A stretch of DNA of 64,000 nucleotides. It comes from Spirochaetota bacterium (lineage in GTDB: Bacteria; Spirochaetota; Spirochaetia; SZUA-6). Below the pieces are notes generated by a model. It had not been told where the DNA came from. It saw nothing but the letters and a program-made list of their open reading frames with translations, and did not search any database. The translations under genes were made by a program, and so were the position numbers. The stretch covers positions 32,580 through 96,579 of the forward strand of contig JAADHF010000135.1 in NCBI GenBank assembly GCA_013151965.1, written 5' to 3'. Position 1 is the stretch's first letter. Each line of letters opens with the position of its first letter. Below are positions 53,809-63,887 of the stretch, one piece after another.

Positions 53809-55614
53809 ATGGATTATACAGGTTTAAAGTTAAAATCAGCAAATTTCCCCGGAAAACCCGGTGTCTATATAATGAAAAACACCGATGGCGGGATTATATA
53901 TATAGGCAAGGCAAAGAACTTAAAAAACAGGGTTAAATCATACTTTACAGAAAAAAAGAGTTTAAAAACAGATTTTCTTGTCAGGAATATCGAAGACATC
54001 GACATTATCATTACAAAAACAGAACAGGAAGCACTCCTTCTCGAGAACAATCTCATCAAAAAATGGAAGCCCAAATACAATATAGACTTAAAAGACGGAA
54101 AAACTTACCCCGTAATAAGAATTACAAACGATGTCTATCCCGGGATATTCAGAACGAGAAGAATTGTTTTTGACGGCTCTCTGTACTATGGTCCTTTTCC
54201 GGGCGCCCGCCAGATCGATACATACCTGAAACTTATAGACAAAATATTTCCCTTACGGAAGTGCAGGGGAAAGCTGAAGAAAAGAGAGCACCCGTGTCTT
54301 AACTACTATATAGGACGCTGCCTTTCTCCGTGCACCGGCAGAATCGGTAAAAATGAGTATAACGGAATGGTGGAACAGATTAAAAAACTTCTATCCGGCA
54401 AAGGTGAAGACCTTATAAAAGAGATGAAAACCGGAATGCTTAAAGCCTCTGAAAACCTCGATTTCGAAGAAGCCGCAAAACTCAGGGATAACATCAACGC
54501 CGTTAAATTTATACAGAACCGGCAGTACATCGTGGACTTCGATACGGAATCACGGGATTATATCGGTTTCGGCAGTAAAGGCTGCCTTTTCACCTTTGTC
54601 ATACTGCAGATGAGGGAGGGGAAACTTATCGGAAGAGAAACCTTTCATGCAGACAGCTATGCGGATGAACAGGAAACCTTTTATCACTTTATATTCCAGT
54701 ACTACAGCCAAACGCAGAACCTGCCCCGCTTAATCTATATCCCCGAACCTGTAAATACGGATCAGATGAATGCTCTGATGAGTCAATTAAAATCACCGTT
54801 AATTATCAAAACACCCAGACGCGGCAGGCACCTGCAGACACTGCTGATGGCTTTAGAAAATGCAGGGGAATCCTTGAATCTCAGATTATCAAAGCACAAC
54901 CGGTCCGGAGCACTGGAAACCTTAAAAGAAGCCCTTGGAATGGCTGTTATTCCCCGCAGGATAGAGGGTTTCGATATCGCTCATCTTGCAGGAGAATTTA
55001 CAGTTGCATCGATGGTTTCTTTTAAGAACGGTCTTCCCGATAAAAAGTCGTACCGCCGGTTTAAAATAAGGTCCCTGAAAGGTAAAATAGATGATTTCGA
55101 AGCTATGAGAGAGGTTCTCGCACGGAGATATACAAGGGTAATCAATGAGAAAATTGATAAGCCCGATCTTATCCTTGTGGACGGCGGAAAAGGACAGCTT
55201 GGTGCGGCAAAGGAAATACTCGACTCTCTCGGTTTAAAGTCGATCGATATTGCGGGTCTTGCAAAGAAAAACGAAGAGATATTCATCCCTGAGAAAAATG
55301 AACCCATTATACTGGATAAAGATTCCGACGCATTGAGGTTGCTGCAGCATATACGCGACGAATCACACAGATTTGCCAATACATTTCATCAAAAATTAAG
55401 GAAAAAAAGTCTGCTGCACTCCGAACTTACCGAAATTCCAGGCATAGGGAAAAAGAGAAGCATAATCCTTCTTAAAGAATACAAATCAATTAAAGATATT
55501 AAGGCTCACAAACCGGAAGAGATCTCTAAAAAAACGGGTTTTAGCCTGACCCTTTCAGCCAGGGTGATTTCCCGGCTTTCAGAATTACATAGTAGAAAAA
55601 AAGTTGAAGAATAA
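53809..55614 (+). CDS. uvrC: Excinuclease ABC subunit C
   Basis: The GIY-YIG motif is GVYIMKNTDGGIIYIGKAKNLKNRV. The UVR domain (LDFEEAAKLRD), the RNase H-like endonuclease domain and the C-terminal HhH2 (LTEIPGIGKKR) are present. Confidence 0.95.
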   Translation: MDYTGLKLKSANFPGKPGVYIMKNTDGGIIYIGKAKNLKNRVKSYFTEKKSLKTDFLVRNIEDIDIIITKTEQEALLLENNLIKKWKPKYNIDLKDGKTYPVIRITNDVYPGIFRTRRIVFDGSLYYGPFPGARQIDTYLKLIDKIFPLRKCRGKLKKREHPCLNYYIGRCLSPCTGRIGKNEYNGMVEQIKKLLSGKGEDLIKEMKTGMLKASENLDFEEAAKLRDNINAVKFIQNRQYIVDFDTESRDYIGFGSKGCLFTFVILQMREGKLIGRETFHADSYADEQETFYHFIFQYYSQTQNLPRLIYIPEPVNTDQMNALMSQLKSPLIIKTPRRGRHLQTLLMALENAGESLNLRLSKHNRSGALETLKEALGMAVIPRRIEGFDIAHLAGEFTVASMVSFKNGLPDKKSYRRFKIRSLKGKIDDFEAMREVLARRYTRVINEKIDKPDLILVDGGKGQLGAAKEILDSLGLKSIDIAGLAKKNEEIFIPEKNEPIILDKDSDALRLLQHIRDESHRFANTFHQKLRKKSLLHSELTEIPGIGKKRSIILLKEYKSIKDIKAHKPEEISKKTGFSLTLSARVISRLSELHSRKKVEE

Positions 55615-56545
55615 GGGTATGCAGTTCATTGCCATAGGTACGTAAACGTACTTTTGTTTCATAGATAAGCCGGATTATACGCTCCAGCTCCGGTGTTTTA
55701 AAATTTTTACTGCCTGTATTGTAATTTTTCTGATTCCGCTTGCCTATTATCCCGGCCTTGCTTAAAGCTTCATCCGTCTGATAGCTGCTGTCTATTAATC
55801 TTCGAAATAACAGCAGTTTTTCAATCTGCCATAGAATTCCGCTTAACACCTTGTCCGCATCGGTTTCTTTTGAAAGGAGTATGCTGTCGAGCACATCCAG
55901 GGAAGATGAAAAATCACGCTGTACCATCCTGGCAAAGAGAGAAAATACATTTTCCTCTTTGCTGTGATAGAGAAAGTCCTCTATTTTATCTGCGGTAATC
56001 AAGGCTCCTTCACTAAAAAATTGTGCGAGTTTTGTACATTCTTCTTTAAGCATCCGGGTATTATTCTCTATCATATCCAATAAACTATTTACGGCATCCT
56101 GCTCTATCCTTATTTTATTTCTGTTAAAAAAGTTTATAATCCATCCCTTTTTTTCACTTTCGAACATCTCCCAGAAGATAACCGTATTCTCCTTTGGTAC
56201 TAATTTTTTAACGGAAACAGGGATGTCTTTTACCGAATCCGAAAGAAGTATAAGCACCGCATCATCGGACGGATCCTTACAGTAATCGATAACCGGATCC
56301 AGGAGCTTTTTGCCCCTTAACTCTTCGAATTTGTTAATTAGTACGATTTTGGAGGAAGCAAACAGCGAACCGTTACGCAGGATAGATACAACATCTTTAG
56401 TATCCAGCCCGTAAGGATAAAATCGATAAATCTCCGGCTTCTCTCCATACTTTTTTTTCCGGTCTCCGACAATCTTTTCCACAAATTGGGCTTTCTTTCC
56501 TGTTTCCGGACCTAAAAGGAGGAATACTCTATTTCTTTTACTCAT
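55541..56545 (-). CDS. holA: DNA polymerase III subunit delta
   Basis: VFLLLGPETGKK at the N-terminus, the length and the three-domain helical layout are typical of HolA. It overlaps lexA by 8 nt. Confidence 0.75.
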   Translation of the reverse strand: MSKRNRVFLLLGPETGKKAQFVEKIVGDRKKKYGEKPEIYRFYPYGLDTKDVVSILRNGSLFASSKIVLINKFEELRGKKLLDPVIDYCKDPSDDAVLILLSDSVKDIPVSVKKLVPKENTVIFWEMFESEKKGWIINFFNRNKIRIEQDAVNSLLDMIENNTRMLKEECTKLAQFFSEGALITADKIEDFLYHSKEENVFSLFARMVQRDFSSSLDVLDSILLSKETDADKVLSGILWQIEKLLLFRRLIDSSYQTDEALSKAGIIGKRNQKNYNTGSKNFKTPELERIIRLIYETKVRLRTYGNELHTLILQLFFYYVILKAGKSPWLKGSG

Positions 56546-57143
56546 ACTTTCTTATAATGCAGGTAAGTCTTCCCAGTATTCTTACATTCTGCGAGTAGAT
56601 GGGAAGATACGATTCGTTTTCCGATTTTAATTTAACACGGTTTTTTTCCATATAAAACCTTTTTAAAACAACAGCATCATCGAGCATTGCTACCACTATA
56701 TCGCCGTTATCCGCTGTATTCTGGTGAGAAATAACGGCAACATCACCATCCATGATTCCGGCATCCTTCATACTGTCGCCTTTTATATTCAGAGCAAAGT
56801 GCTTTCCATTGTTTAAATACGCAGCGGGTAATTCCACATGGCCTTCGAAATTCTCCTCGGCAAAGAGCGGTTTTCCGGCAGCAACATTCCCAAGAAGAGG
56901 AATCTTTCGGAGGCTTCCCTTTTCCATATTTGCTTTCGGAAGAAGCTCGATGGCGCGTGAACGGTTCAACTGACATTTTATATAATCTTTTTTCTCCAAT
57001 GCTTTCACATGATCATAACTTCCTCTGACGGATATACCGAAATTCTCACCGATTTCCCGTATTGTAGGAGGAAATTGATGTTCTGTTATATATCTTTTTA
57101 TGTACTTAAGAACCTCTTCCTGCCTGCCGGTTAACCCTTTCAT
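56538..57143 (-). CDS. lexA: LexA repressor
   Basis: The winged HTH is LTGRQEEVLKYIKRYITEHQFPPTIREIGENFGIS. The Ala-Gly cleavage site is NVAAGKP. The S24 catalytic Ser is in GDSM and the catalytic Lys is in LKRF. Confidence 0.9.
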   Translation of the reverse strand: MKGLTGRQEEVLKYIKRYITEHQFPPTIREIGENFGISVRGSYDHVKALEKKDYIKCQLNRSRAIELLPKANMEKGSLRKIPLLGNVAAGKPLFAEENFEGHVELPAAYLNNGKHFALNIKGDSMKDAGIMDGDVAVISHQNTADNGDIVVAMLDDAVVLKRFYMEKNRVKLKSENESYLPIYSQNVRILGRLTCIIRKYE

Positions 57144-58504
57144 CGCTTTATCTCGATTCCATATTTTTTTATCTTACTGTACAGATTACTTGTATAAACT
57201 CCCAGGTCTTTTGCAGTATGGTTTAAATTATAATCGTTAGATTCAAGTTTCAACTTTATAAACTCGCTTTCGAACCTTTCCCTTGCCGTATTCAATTTTA
57301 ATTTTTCAAATTCATACATCCAGCTATTCATATGATGCTTTGTTTTTACCGGCAGATATTTACGCAGCGTCCCGGCGGAAATTAAATCCTCATCATTCAT
57401 AATATTAACCCGTTCTATTACATTTTTCAACTCCCGGATATTTCCCGGCCAGGAATACCTCTTTAACAGCTCAAGAGCATCCTCAGAGACCACCTTCGGT
57501 TCGCTCCGTGAGGGAAGTTTGAATTTTTTCATAAAATACACAACGAGTTCATCGATATCTTCTATCCTTGCACGCAGAGGAGGAACAAAGATAGGTATTA
57601 CATTGAGTCTGAAGTAGAGATCCTCTCTGAATCTTTTTGCCTGTATCTCTTTTTCGATTTCCTTATTGGTTGCGGCAATTAAACGAACATCAACGGAGAT
57701 CGATTCTTCGCCGCCCACCCTTTCGAATTTAAGTTCCTGAATAACACGAAGCACCTTTGCCTGAGTACTCAAAGACATGTCTGCAATTTCATCGAGAAAA
57801 AGGGTACCCCTGTCAGCCAGTTCGAATTTACCTTTTCTTCTGGAAACAGCACTGGTAAACGAACCCTTCTCATGCCCGAACAGCTCACTCTCTATGAGAG
57901 TATCCGGTATTGCCGCACAATTTACCTCGACAAAGGGCCACTGCGATCTTCTGCTCTTTCTGTGTATTGCCCGTGCAACAAGTTCCTTGCCGGTACCATT
58001 TTCTCCGAGTATAAGTATCCTCGCATCGGTCGGTGCGCTCTGCTCTATTATCTCTTTTATCTTCTCTATGGAAGGATGATGCCCTATCATTTCGTCCTCT
58101 GTAAAAAGACTGTTTTTCAGTTTTTTATTTTCCTGTTTAAGTTTTTCAAGTTCGACGGCGTTTCGGACAACGGTAATTATTTTTTCCAGAGAAAGAGGTT
58201 TTTCCAGGAAATCAAAAGCTCCTATTTTTACGGCATTTACCGCTAAATTGATATTCGCATGTCCGGAGATAACAATTACCTCGACATCTCTGTATTCTTC
58301 CTTTATTTTCTTCAGCACCTCTATTCCACCCATATTGGGAAGCCATACATCCAGAATTACAAGATCTACAGGTTCGGAATTTAGCAGATCCAGTCCTCTA
58401 TAACCATCTTCAGCTAAAAAAACAGTATATTTTTCATCTTCCAGAACATCTTTTAAGATAGATCTTATTCCCGCCTCATCATCGATAATTAAAATGTTAC
58501 TCAT
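57140..58504 (-). CDS. Sigma-54-dependent response regulator (REC-AAA+-Fis HTH)
   Basis: The start is at MSNILIIDDE. The REC Asp is in DLVILDVWLP. The AAA+ Walker A is GENGTGKE. The sigma54-contact loop reads GSFTSA (57848..57865) instead of the consensus GAFTGA. It has a C-terminal HTH. Confidence 0.9.
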   Translation of the reverse strand: MSNILIIDDEAGIRSILKDVLEDEKYTVFLAEDGYRGLDLLNSEPVDLVILDVWLPNMGGIEVLKKIKEEYRDVEVIVISGHANINLAVNAVKIGAFDFLEKPLSLEKIITVVRNAVELEKLKQENKKLKNSLFTEDEMIGHHPSIEKIKEIIEQSAPTDARILILGENGTGKELVARAIHRKSRRSQWPFVEVNCAAIPDTLIESELFGHEKGSFTSAVSRRKGKFELADRGTLFLDEIADMSLSTQAKVLRVIQELKFERVGGEESISVDVRLIAATNKEIEKEIQAKRFREDLYFRLNVIPIFVPPLRARIEDIDELVVYFMKKFKLPSRSEPKVVSEDALELLKRYSWPGNIRELKNVIERVNIMNDEDLISAGTLRKYLPVKTKHHMNSWMYEFEKLKLNTARERFESEFIKLKLESNDYNLNHTAKDLGVYTSNLYSKIKKYGIEIKR

Positions 58505-60269
58505 ATATCTCCCCGTGAGGTAAATCAATAAAAATAGTCGTGCCTATTCCCTTTTTACTTTCGAACCATATATGTCCATTATGGTCGAAAACAATCCTTT
58601 CAACAATAGAAAGGCCAAGCCCGGTGCCGTGCTCTTTTGTCGTAAAATACGGATCGAATATTTTATCCTTATACTCATCATCAATTCCGGAGCCATTATC
58701 CTTTACCTGAATTCTGCAGTACTGTTCCCCTTCCTTTTTTACTAGATCCACGGCCACGACAATCCGGCCTTTGCCGTTTATGGACTGAATAGCATTCCTG
58801 AACAGATTATTAAAAACCTGTTTTATCTGTGCCGGGTCGGCTTTTACCCGTATTTTATCACTTATACTATCCGTTTCTATCCGGACATTATCCGTTACAT
58901 TCCTGAACATACCGGCGCTTTCTTCTATAACCTCTTTAACATTAAGTATAAGAGGATGAGGGTTCGGAAGTTTTGCAAATTCTCTGAACTCTTTTAACAG
59001 TTTATCGAGATTATCCACCTCGTCAACAATAGCCTTTACGGAACTCTCCAGTATTTTCTCCATTTCCCCAGGATCGGTTTTGAATTTTTTTAGGATCCGC
59101 TGTGCGGAAAGTTTAATCGGAGTCAGGGGGTTTCTGATTTCATGTGCGAGTCTCTGTGCAATATCCTGCCATGCGGCTATCTTTTCCGCATGAACAAGTT
59201 TTTCTCTCGACGAACCGAGTTCGCCTATCATTTTATTAAATGAATTGATAAGAACGGAAAGTTCATCCTCTGAACGGGAAAGTATTCTGAACGAAAAATC
59301 ACCGTCGGCTACCCTTCTGGTTGCTTTTTCAAGGTCCACAATAGGCCTGAGGAGTTCATCCGTAAGAATAAAGCTCAGCAGTATAACAAGAAGCAGAATG
59401 GGCAGCGTAAAAAGAAAATAAAAAACCGATACGACATATACAAATAAACGGTTATACTTGTTAAGCTGATTAAAGGTTTCAAGGGAACTTGTTAAGTCCC
59501 TGGCATTTTTATTAAAGTTACCCGGCAGTATAATACCTGCAATCACGGTATAATTCCTGTTTCCGATTGTATGCTTCCCGATACTTCTTAAGATACTGAT
59601 GTTTTTTCGTTCCACCTTCGGCAGTATCCCTGTCCGGTTTTTAACCTCCGCAAAATCATCTAATCGTCCCTGTTTATCGCCGCGGAAAAAAACTTCTCTG
59701 CCTCCGGTATCATATATCTGTAAAAAACTTATCTCCGGGTTTAAATATCTCAGTTTTTCCCATACCGAATCGGGATGGCCGGTAATTCCTTTAAGCAGCA
59801 GGGGAAGAGCCTGACTTTTGTTAAATTTCTGCAGATTATCAACTTTACTCTGATAGTAATCGAGAGAAATAGACAGTCCCCCCTTTAAAGCATCTCCTAT
59901 GCCGGCCCGAAGCCAGAAATTAATCGAAGATTTTATAAAATTTATAGAAAGCATAGACTGCGGTGCAGATGCTAAAAAAGCTATAAACGCAAAGAACAAA
60001 ACTAATTTTACCTTTAAATGAACCCCCGGTTTTTTATGAGTTTTCTCTTTTATCAGGTTTACTATGTTATAAATTATAACGGCGACAAGAATAATCGGAA
60101 AGATAATGGCGACGATTAAGGCTACCAGATTGGCAGAGTAACTTAACTGCGAAATATTGGATAAAATCTGCTGGGAAAAGACAAGCACAAGTACAATTAA
60201 CAGAATTATCAACAATATTAGGGCGAGCACACCTGATTGCTTTAAACTGCTTTTGCTTAATATTTTCAT
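58497..60269 (-). CDS. Sensor histidine kinase (multi-TM, HAMP, HisKA, HATPase), NtrY-like
   Basis: It has N-terminal TM helices. The HAMP segment is LRPIVDLEKATRRVADGDF, the H-box is RLAHEIRNPLTPI, and the G-boxes are DNGSGI and GTGLGLSIV. Confidence 0.85.
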   Translation of the reverse strand: MKILSKSSLKQSGVLALILLIILLIVLVLVFSQQILSNISQLSYSANLVALIVAIIFPIILVAVIIYNIVNLIKEKTHKKPGVHLKVKLVLFFAFIAFLASAPQSMLSINFIKSSINFWLRAGIGDALKGGLSISLDYYQSKVDNLQKFNKSQALPLLLKGITGHPDSVWEKLRYLNPEISFLQIYDTGGREVFFRGDKQGRLDDFAEVKNRTGILPKVERKNISILRSIGKHTIGNRNYTVIAGIILPGNFNKNARDLTSSLETFNQLNKYNRLFVYVVSVFYFLFTLPILLLVILLSFILTDELLRPIVDLEKATRRVADGDFSFRILSRSEDELSVLINSFNKMIGELGSSREKLVHAEKIAAWQDIAQRLAHEIRNPLTPIKLSAQRILKKFKTDPGEMEKILESSVKAIVDEVDNLDKLLKEFREFAKLPNPHPLILNVKEVIEESAGMFRNVTDNVRIETDSISDKIRVKADPAQIKQVFNNLFRNAIQSINGKGRIVVAVDLVKKEGEQYCRIQVKDNGSGIDDEYKDKIFDPYFTTKEHGTGLGLSIVERIVFDHNGHIWFESKKGIGTTIFIDLPHGEIYE

Positions 60270-60847
60270 TTTCTATTTATTGTTACCCTCTGCCATCCCG
60301 TTACAACACTATCGGGGTTTATAAAAAAACTTACAATATTCAAAGGGGGCACAAGCTTAACCGGAATATATTTAACCCTGCTGATAAGATAGTAATCCGA
60401 GACATTACCCTTTATACTATACGATAAACTGTAATTATGCAGTTTAAAAAAATATTTTAAGAAATTTCTGCTTTTTATAAATGTATATTCACCGTCATCC
60501 TTTACTTTCAGGAAAAACCGCTTTTCATATAAATCGTAGGAACCTGTATATACCAGGTTATCCTCATAAACAAGCTTATCTCCGAGCAAAGCCATAATGC
60601 CGTGCTGCTTTTTATACAACCTGAACTGATAAAAAATTTCCGGCCTTAAACCGTCCCGCATGGTTTTAACAACTTCGGAATAATCTTTCGGCTCAAGTTC
60701 CGCAGAAACCAATATCTTCTCTCCGTAGATCCCTGCGGAAGATATTAACTGTTCACTGAATAGGTTAACCGGAATAATAAAAAGTGAAAGGCAAAGAATA
60801 GCAGGTGCAACACCTCTCGTTTTATTCCTCCTCGAATTTGTTTTCAA
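60266..60847 (-). CDS. Hypothetical exported protein upstream of the NtrY-like kinase (possibly DUF4390-like)
   Basis: It has a signal-like N-terminus (APAILCLSLFIIPVNLFS) and a 4-nt overlap with the kinase gene. The family assignment rests only on position and size. Confidence 0.35.
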   Translation of the reverse strand: MKTNSRRNKTRGVAPAILCLSLFIIPVNLFSEQLISSAGIYGEKILVSAELEPKDYSEVVKTMRDGLRPEIFYQFRLYKKQHGIMALLGDKLVYEDNLVYTGSYDLYEKRFFLKVKDDGEYTFIKSRNFLKYFFKLHNYSLSYSIKGNVSDYYLISRVKYIPVKLVPPLNIVSFFINPDSVVTGWQRVTINRK

Positions 60848-61088
60848 AAAGTGCTGCGATTGCCTCCACGGCTTTTACTTCGTCATTTCCTTCCGCAATG
60901 ATCCTTAAAACCGTGTTATATGTTGCTCCGAGGGTCAGAATACCCATTATGGATTTTGCATTTATCCGTTCTCCGTCTTTCTCTATAAAAATCCTGGAAC
61001 TGAATTCATTTGCTGTTTTCACCAATAATGCCGCAGGACGCGCATGTATTCCCGCCCGGTTTTTTATGATTATCTCTTTTTCCTTCAT
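60822..61088 (-). CDS. ptsH: Phosphocarrier protein HPr
   Basis: NRAGIHARPAA contains His15, and INAKSIMGILTLG contains the regulatory Ser46. Confidence 0.9.
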   Translation of the reverse strand: MKEKEIIIKNRAGIHARPAALLVKTANEFSSRIFIEKDGERINAKSIMGILTLGATYNTVLRIIAEGNDEVKAVEAIAALFENKFEEE

Positions 61089-61093
61089 ATATG

Positions 61094-62065
61094 TTATTTA
61101 TCATCCAGAAATGCCGCTCTTGCACTTTCCGATTCGAGCCACTTGATAACATTCTTATTAAACTCTTTTGCAGAGTAATAACCCATCTTCTTAAGCCTTT
61201 CATTCATTGCCGCAGTCTCTATTATTACCGGAATATTCCTGCCCGGCCTTACAGGGATCAACAGATAAGGTACCTGCACTTCTAAAATTTCCACTGTATT
61301 TTCCGATTCACCCAGCCTGTCATACGCTTTGGAAGAATCCCACTCCTCGAGATGCACTACTAATTGTACCTGTTTTCTATCCCGGATAGCTCCCACTCCG
61401 AAGAGATGTGTTATGTTTATAATACCAAGGCCGCGTATCTCCATATGGTGGCTTACAATCTTTGCACCTGTACCTATCAGTATATTGCCGCTTATGCGGC
61501 GAATTTCAACAACATCATCGGCTACCAGTCTGTGCCCTCTCTCGATCAGAGCCAGCGCAGTTTCACTTTTACCCACGCCGCTGTCACCCATTATAAGAAT
61601 ACCTATGCCGAACACCTCCACAAGCACGCCGTGTTCGACTTTTTTAGGTGCAAAAACGTTTCCCAGCACCCGCATAAGCCTCATGGCAAAATCCGACGAT
61701 GAGAGTCCTGTCTGCAGCAGAGGGCATTCGGCCTTTTCGGATAACCTTATAAAATCATCCGTCGGATTCTGATTACTTGTAAACACACAGCAGGGAATTT
61801 CGTAGCTGAAGAATTTTTCAAGCGTGTCTGCCTTTTTTTCTTTGGCCAGCTTCCGTAAATAAGCGCTTTCGCCTCTGCCGAAGATCTGAATTCTCTGATG
61901 GGCAAAGTTATCATAGAATCCGCTTAAAGCAAGTCCGGGCCTGTTAATGGCAGGAACGGTAATCTCCCTCACCAGCCCGGGCCTTCCTTCTATGCATGAA
62001 AGTTCCAGTGCATCATTCTCTTTTAGATCAAGCTCCAGTAAATCAAGAATTCTAAATTTATCCAT
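61094..62065 (-). CDS. hprK: HPr kinase/phosphorylase
   Basis: The Walker A is GDSGVGKSETAL, and EIRGLGIINI and VIIETAA motifs are present. Confidence 0.9.
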   Translation of the reverse strand: MDKFRILDLLELDLKENDALELSCIEGRPGLVREITVPAINRPGLALSGFYDNFAHQRIQIFGRGESAYLRKLAKEKKADTLEKFFSYEIPCCVFTSNQNPTDDFIRLSEKAECPLLQTGLSSSDFAMRLMRVLGNVFAPKKVEHGVLVEVFGIGILIMGDSGVGKSETALALIERGHRLVADDVVEIRRISGNILIGTGAKIVSHHMEIRGLGIINITHLFGVGAIRDRKQVQLVVHLEEWDSSKAYDRLGESENTVEILEVQVPYLLIPVRPGRNIPVIIETAAMNERLKKMGYYSAKEFNKNVIKWLESESARAAFLDDK

Positions 62066-62086
62066 ATCTTAAATACTTTGTTCCGC

Positions 62087-62401
62087 TTAAGATGCTTCCG
62101 AATCCGACCGCTTATGTTCCTGTATTTTCCCTTTTTCCCTGTTAATTTTTACTTCCATTTTATCAAAAAGTTTATCGATTCCTTCATATATATCATAACA
62201 GTCCACTTCCAGATGCGTTGCATTGCCCCAGCGAAAATTTATTGTTACTTCACATTTAAAACCGCTTCCCTCTCTTAAAAGCCGAACGAGTAAATCAACT
62301 ATAAGATCCTTTGCAAAATCAATTCTGCCCACTTTTTTATCTATAAAACTCTTCATTCTTTCAGTAACGGTAAGATGTATTCCCCTGACTTCGACTTTCA
62401 T
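62087..62401 (-). CDS. hpf: Ribosome hibernation promoting factor (short HPF/RaiA, sigma-54 modulation protein family)
   Basis: It starts MKVEVRGIHLTVTERMKSFIDKKV, is 104 aa long and sits immediately downstream of rpoN. Confidence 0.85.
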   Translation of the reverse strand: MKVEVRGIHLTVTERMKSFIDKKVGRIDFAKDLIVDLLVRLLREGSGFKCEVTINFRWGNATHLEVDCYDIYEGIDKLFDKMEVKINREKGKIQEHKRSDSEAS

Positions 62402-62427
62402 GTTCCCTCCTGGTTTTTTTTAATTTT

Positions 62428-63807
62428 TCATCTCCTGTAAGAAGATTCTATATCAAGTTCCTTGCGGTACTTTGCAACAGTCCTTCTCGCAATATTTATA
62501 CCTCTGTTGGCAAGAATTTCCGATATTTTTTTATCCGACAACTTTTTTCCGCCTCCTCCCTTTTCGATTATTTCTTTTATAATCTGTTTAACACCCTCTT
62601 TTGAGTATTTCGACCCGGTAGATCCCGGTCCTGTAATTGAATTGGAGAAAAAATATTTCAGCTCATAAATGCCCCATTCGGTCTGCATATATTTACCATT
62701 GGTAATTCTGGATACCGTGGCTTCATGCACGCCTATATCTCCTGCTATATCCTTTAAAGTAAGAGGCGCAAGATACTTGGGCCCTTTAAGAAAGAATTCC
62801 CGCTGAAACTCGATAATTGCTTTGCATGTTTTTAAAAGAGTGGCGTTTCTCTGGTGAATGCTCTTTATAAACCATCTGGCATTCCGGACATTGCTCTTTA
62901 CGAAATCATTGACATTTTTACTCTTTTTTTCTTTCTTTTTCTTATCATCGAGTTCGGTAAAGAAAGGGTTAACTGACAGGACAGGTATCTCTTCGTCATT
63001 TATGACGATAATAAAATCACCATCCTTATGTTTAACAAGCACATCGGGAATAACATACCTGGGAGGTTCGTTCGAATATTTCCTGCCCGGCATTGGTTCC
63101 AGAGCACGTAAAAAACTGCGTATTGCCTCCACATCTTTTTCACTTTTATGAATACTCTTACTGATTTCTTTGTATTTACCCTTTTCCAGCAGTTTAAGAT
63201 ACTTATCCACAACTTCATAACTGCCCGGATACGGATCGGGATGGTTCCTTATCTGTACCAGTATCGCCTCTCTGTAGTCTTTTGTACACACACCGACAGG
63301 GTCGAAAGTCTGAATTATTTCTATTAACCGTTTTACCGTTTTATAATCACTTTCCGGAACAAGAGATTCGGGAGATTCTATGTGAAAACCGTTATCATCC
63401 AGATTCCTTATAATTAATTCCCCTATTTTATATTCAGCATCCGAAAGAGGCTGCAGCCTTAACTGCCATATCAGATGCTCGCGCAGTGATTCGGGTCTGG
63501 AGAGTACCCCCTCCATAAATTTCCGTTTTTTGTCTTCCCCCGTATTTCTCCGGCTGTTGGAATAACCCGTATCGGAAGAATCATCAAAATAGTCCTGTGG
63601 ATCATCCCTGTTCTGGTTTCGTATATCATCCAGGGACACTATAGTTTTGTCTTCCACTATTTCAAGAGCAGGATTCTTTTCCAGTTCTTCACGGATAGTC
63701 TGCCTTAAATCCTGTATAGGCATTGCCATCATCCTGATTGCCTGGTAAAGCTGTGGAGTCATTCTTAATTTTTGTTCCTGCCTTAGTACAGGCCGTTGTG
63801 TTTGCAC
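62428..63807 (-). CDS. rpoN: RNA polymerase sigma-54 factor
   Basis: The N-terminal Gln/Leu-rich region I is LRQEQKLRMTPQLYQAIRMM. The HTH and RpoN box ARRTVAKYR are at the C-terminus. Confidence 0.95.
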   Translation of the reverse strand: MQTQRPVLRQEQKLRMTPQLYQAIRMMAMPIQDLRQTIREELEKNPALEIVEDKTIVSLDDIRNQNRDDPQDYFDDSSDTGYSNSRRNTGEDKKRKFMEGVLSRPESLREHLIWQLRLQPLSDAEYKIGELIIRNLDDNGFHIESPESLVPESDYKTVKRLIEIIQTFDPVGVCTKDYREAILVQIRNHPDPYPGSYEVVDKYLKLLEKGKYKEISKSIHKSEKDVEAIRSFLRALEPMPGRKYSNEPPRYVIPDVLVKHKDGDFIIVINDEEIPVLSVNPFFTELDDKKKKEKKSKNVNDFVKSNVRNARWFIKSIHQRNATLLKTCKAIIEFQREFFLKGPKYLAPLTLKDIAGDIGVHEATVSRITNGKYMQTEWGIYELKYFFSNSITGPGSTGSKYSKEGVKQIIKEIIEKGGGGKKLSDKKISEILANRGINIARRTVAKYRKELDIESSYRR

Positions 63808-63887
63808 CTTATTTCCTCTTAAACTAATCTACTTATAATTTTGAAACAGGAAAACCGCTTTTGTCAATATTTTTTAAATATTTCTTT

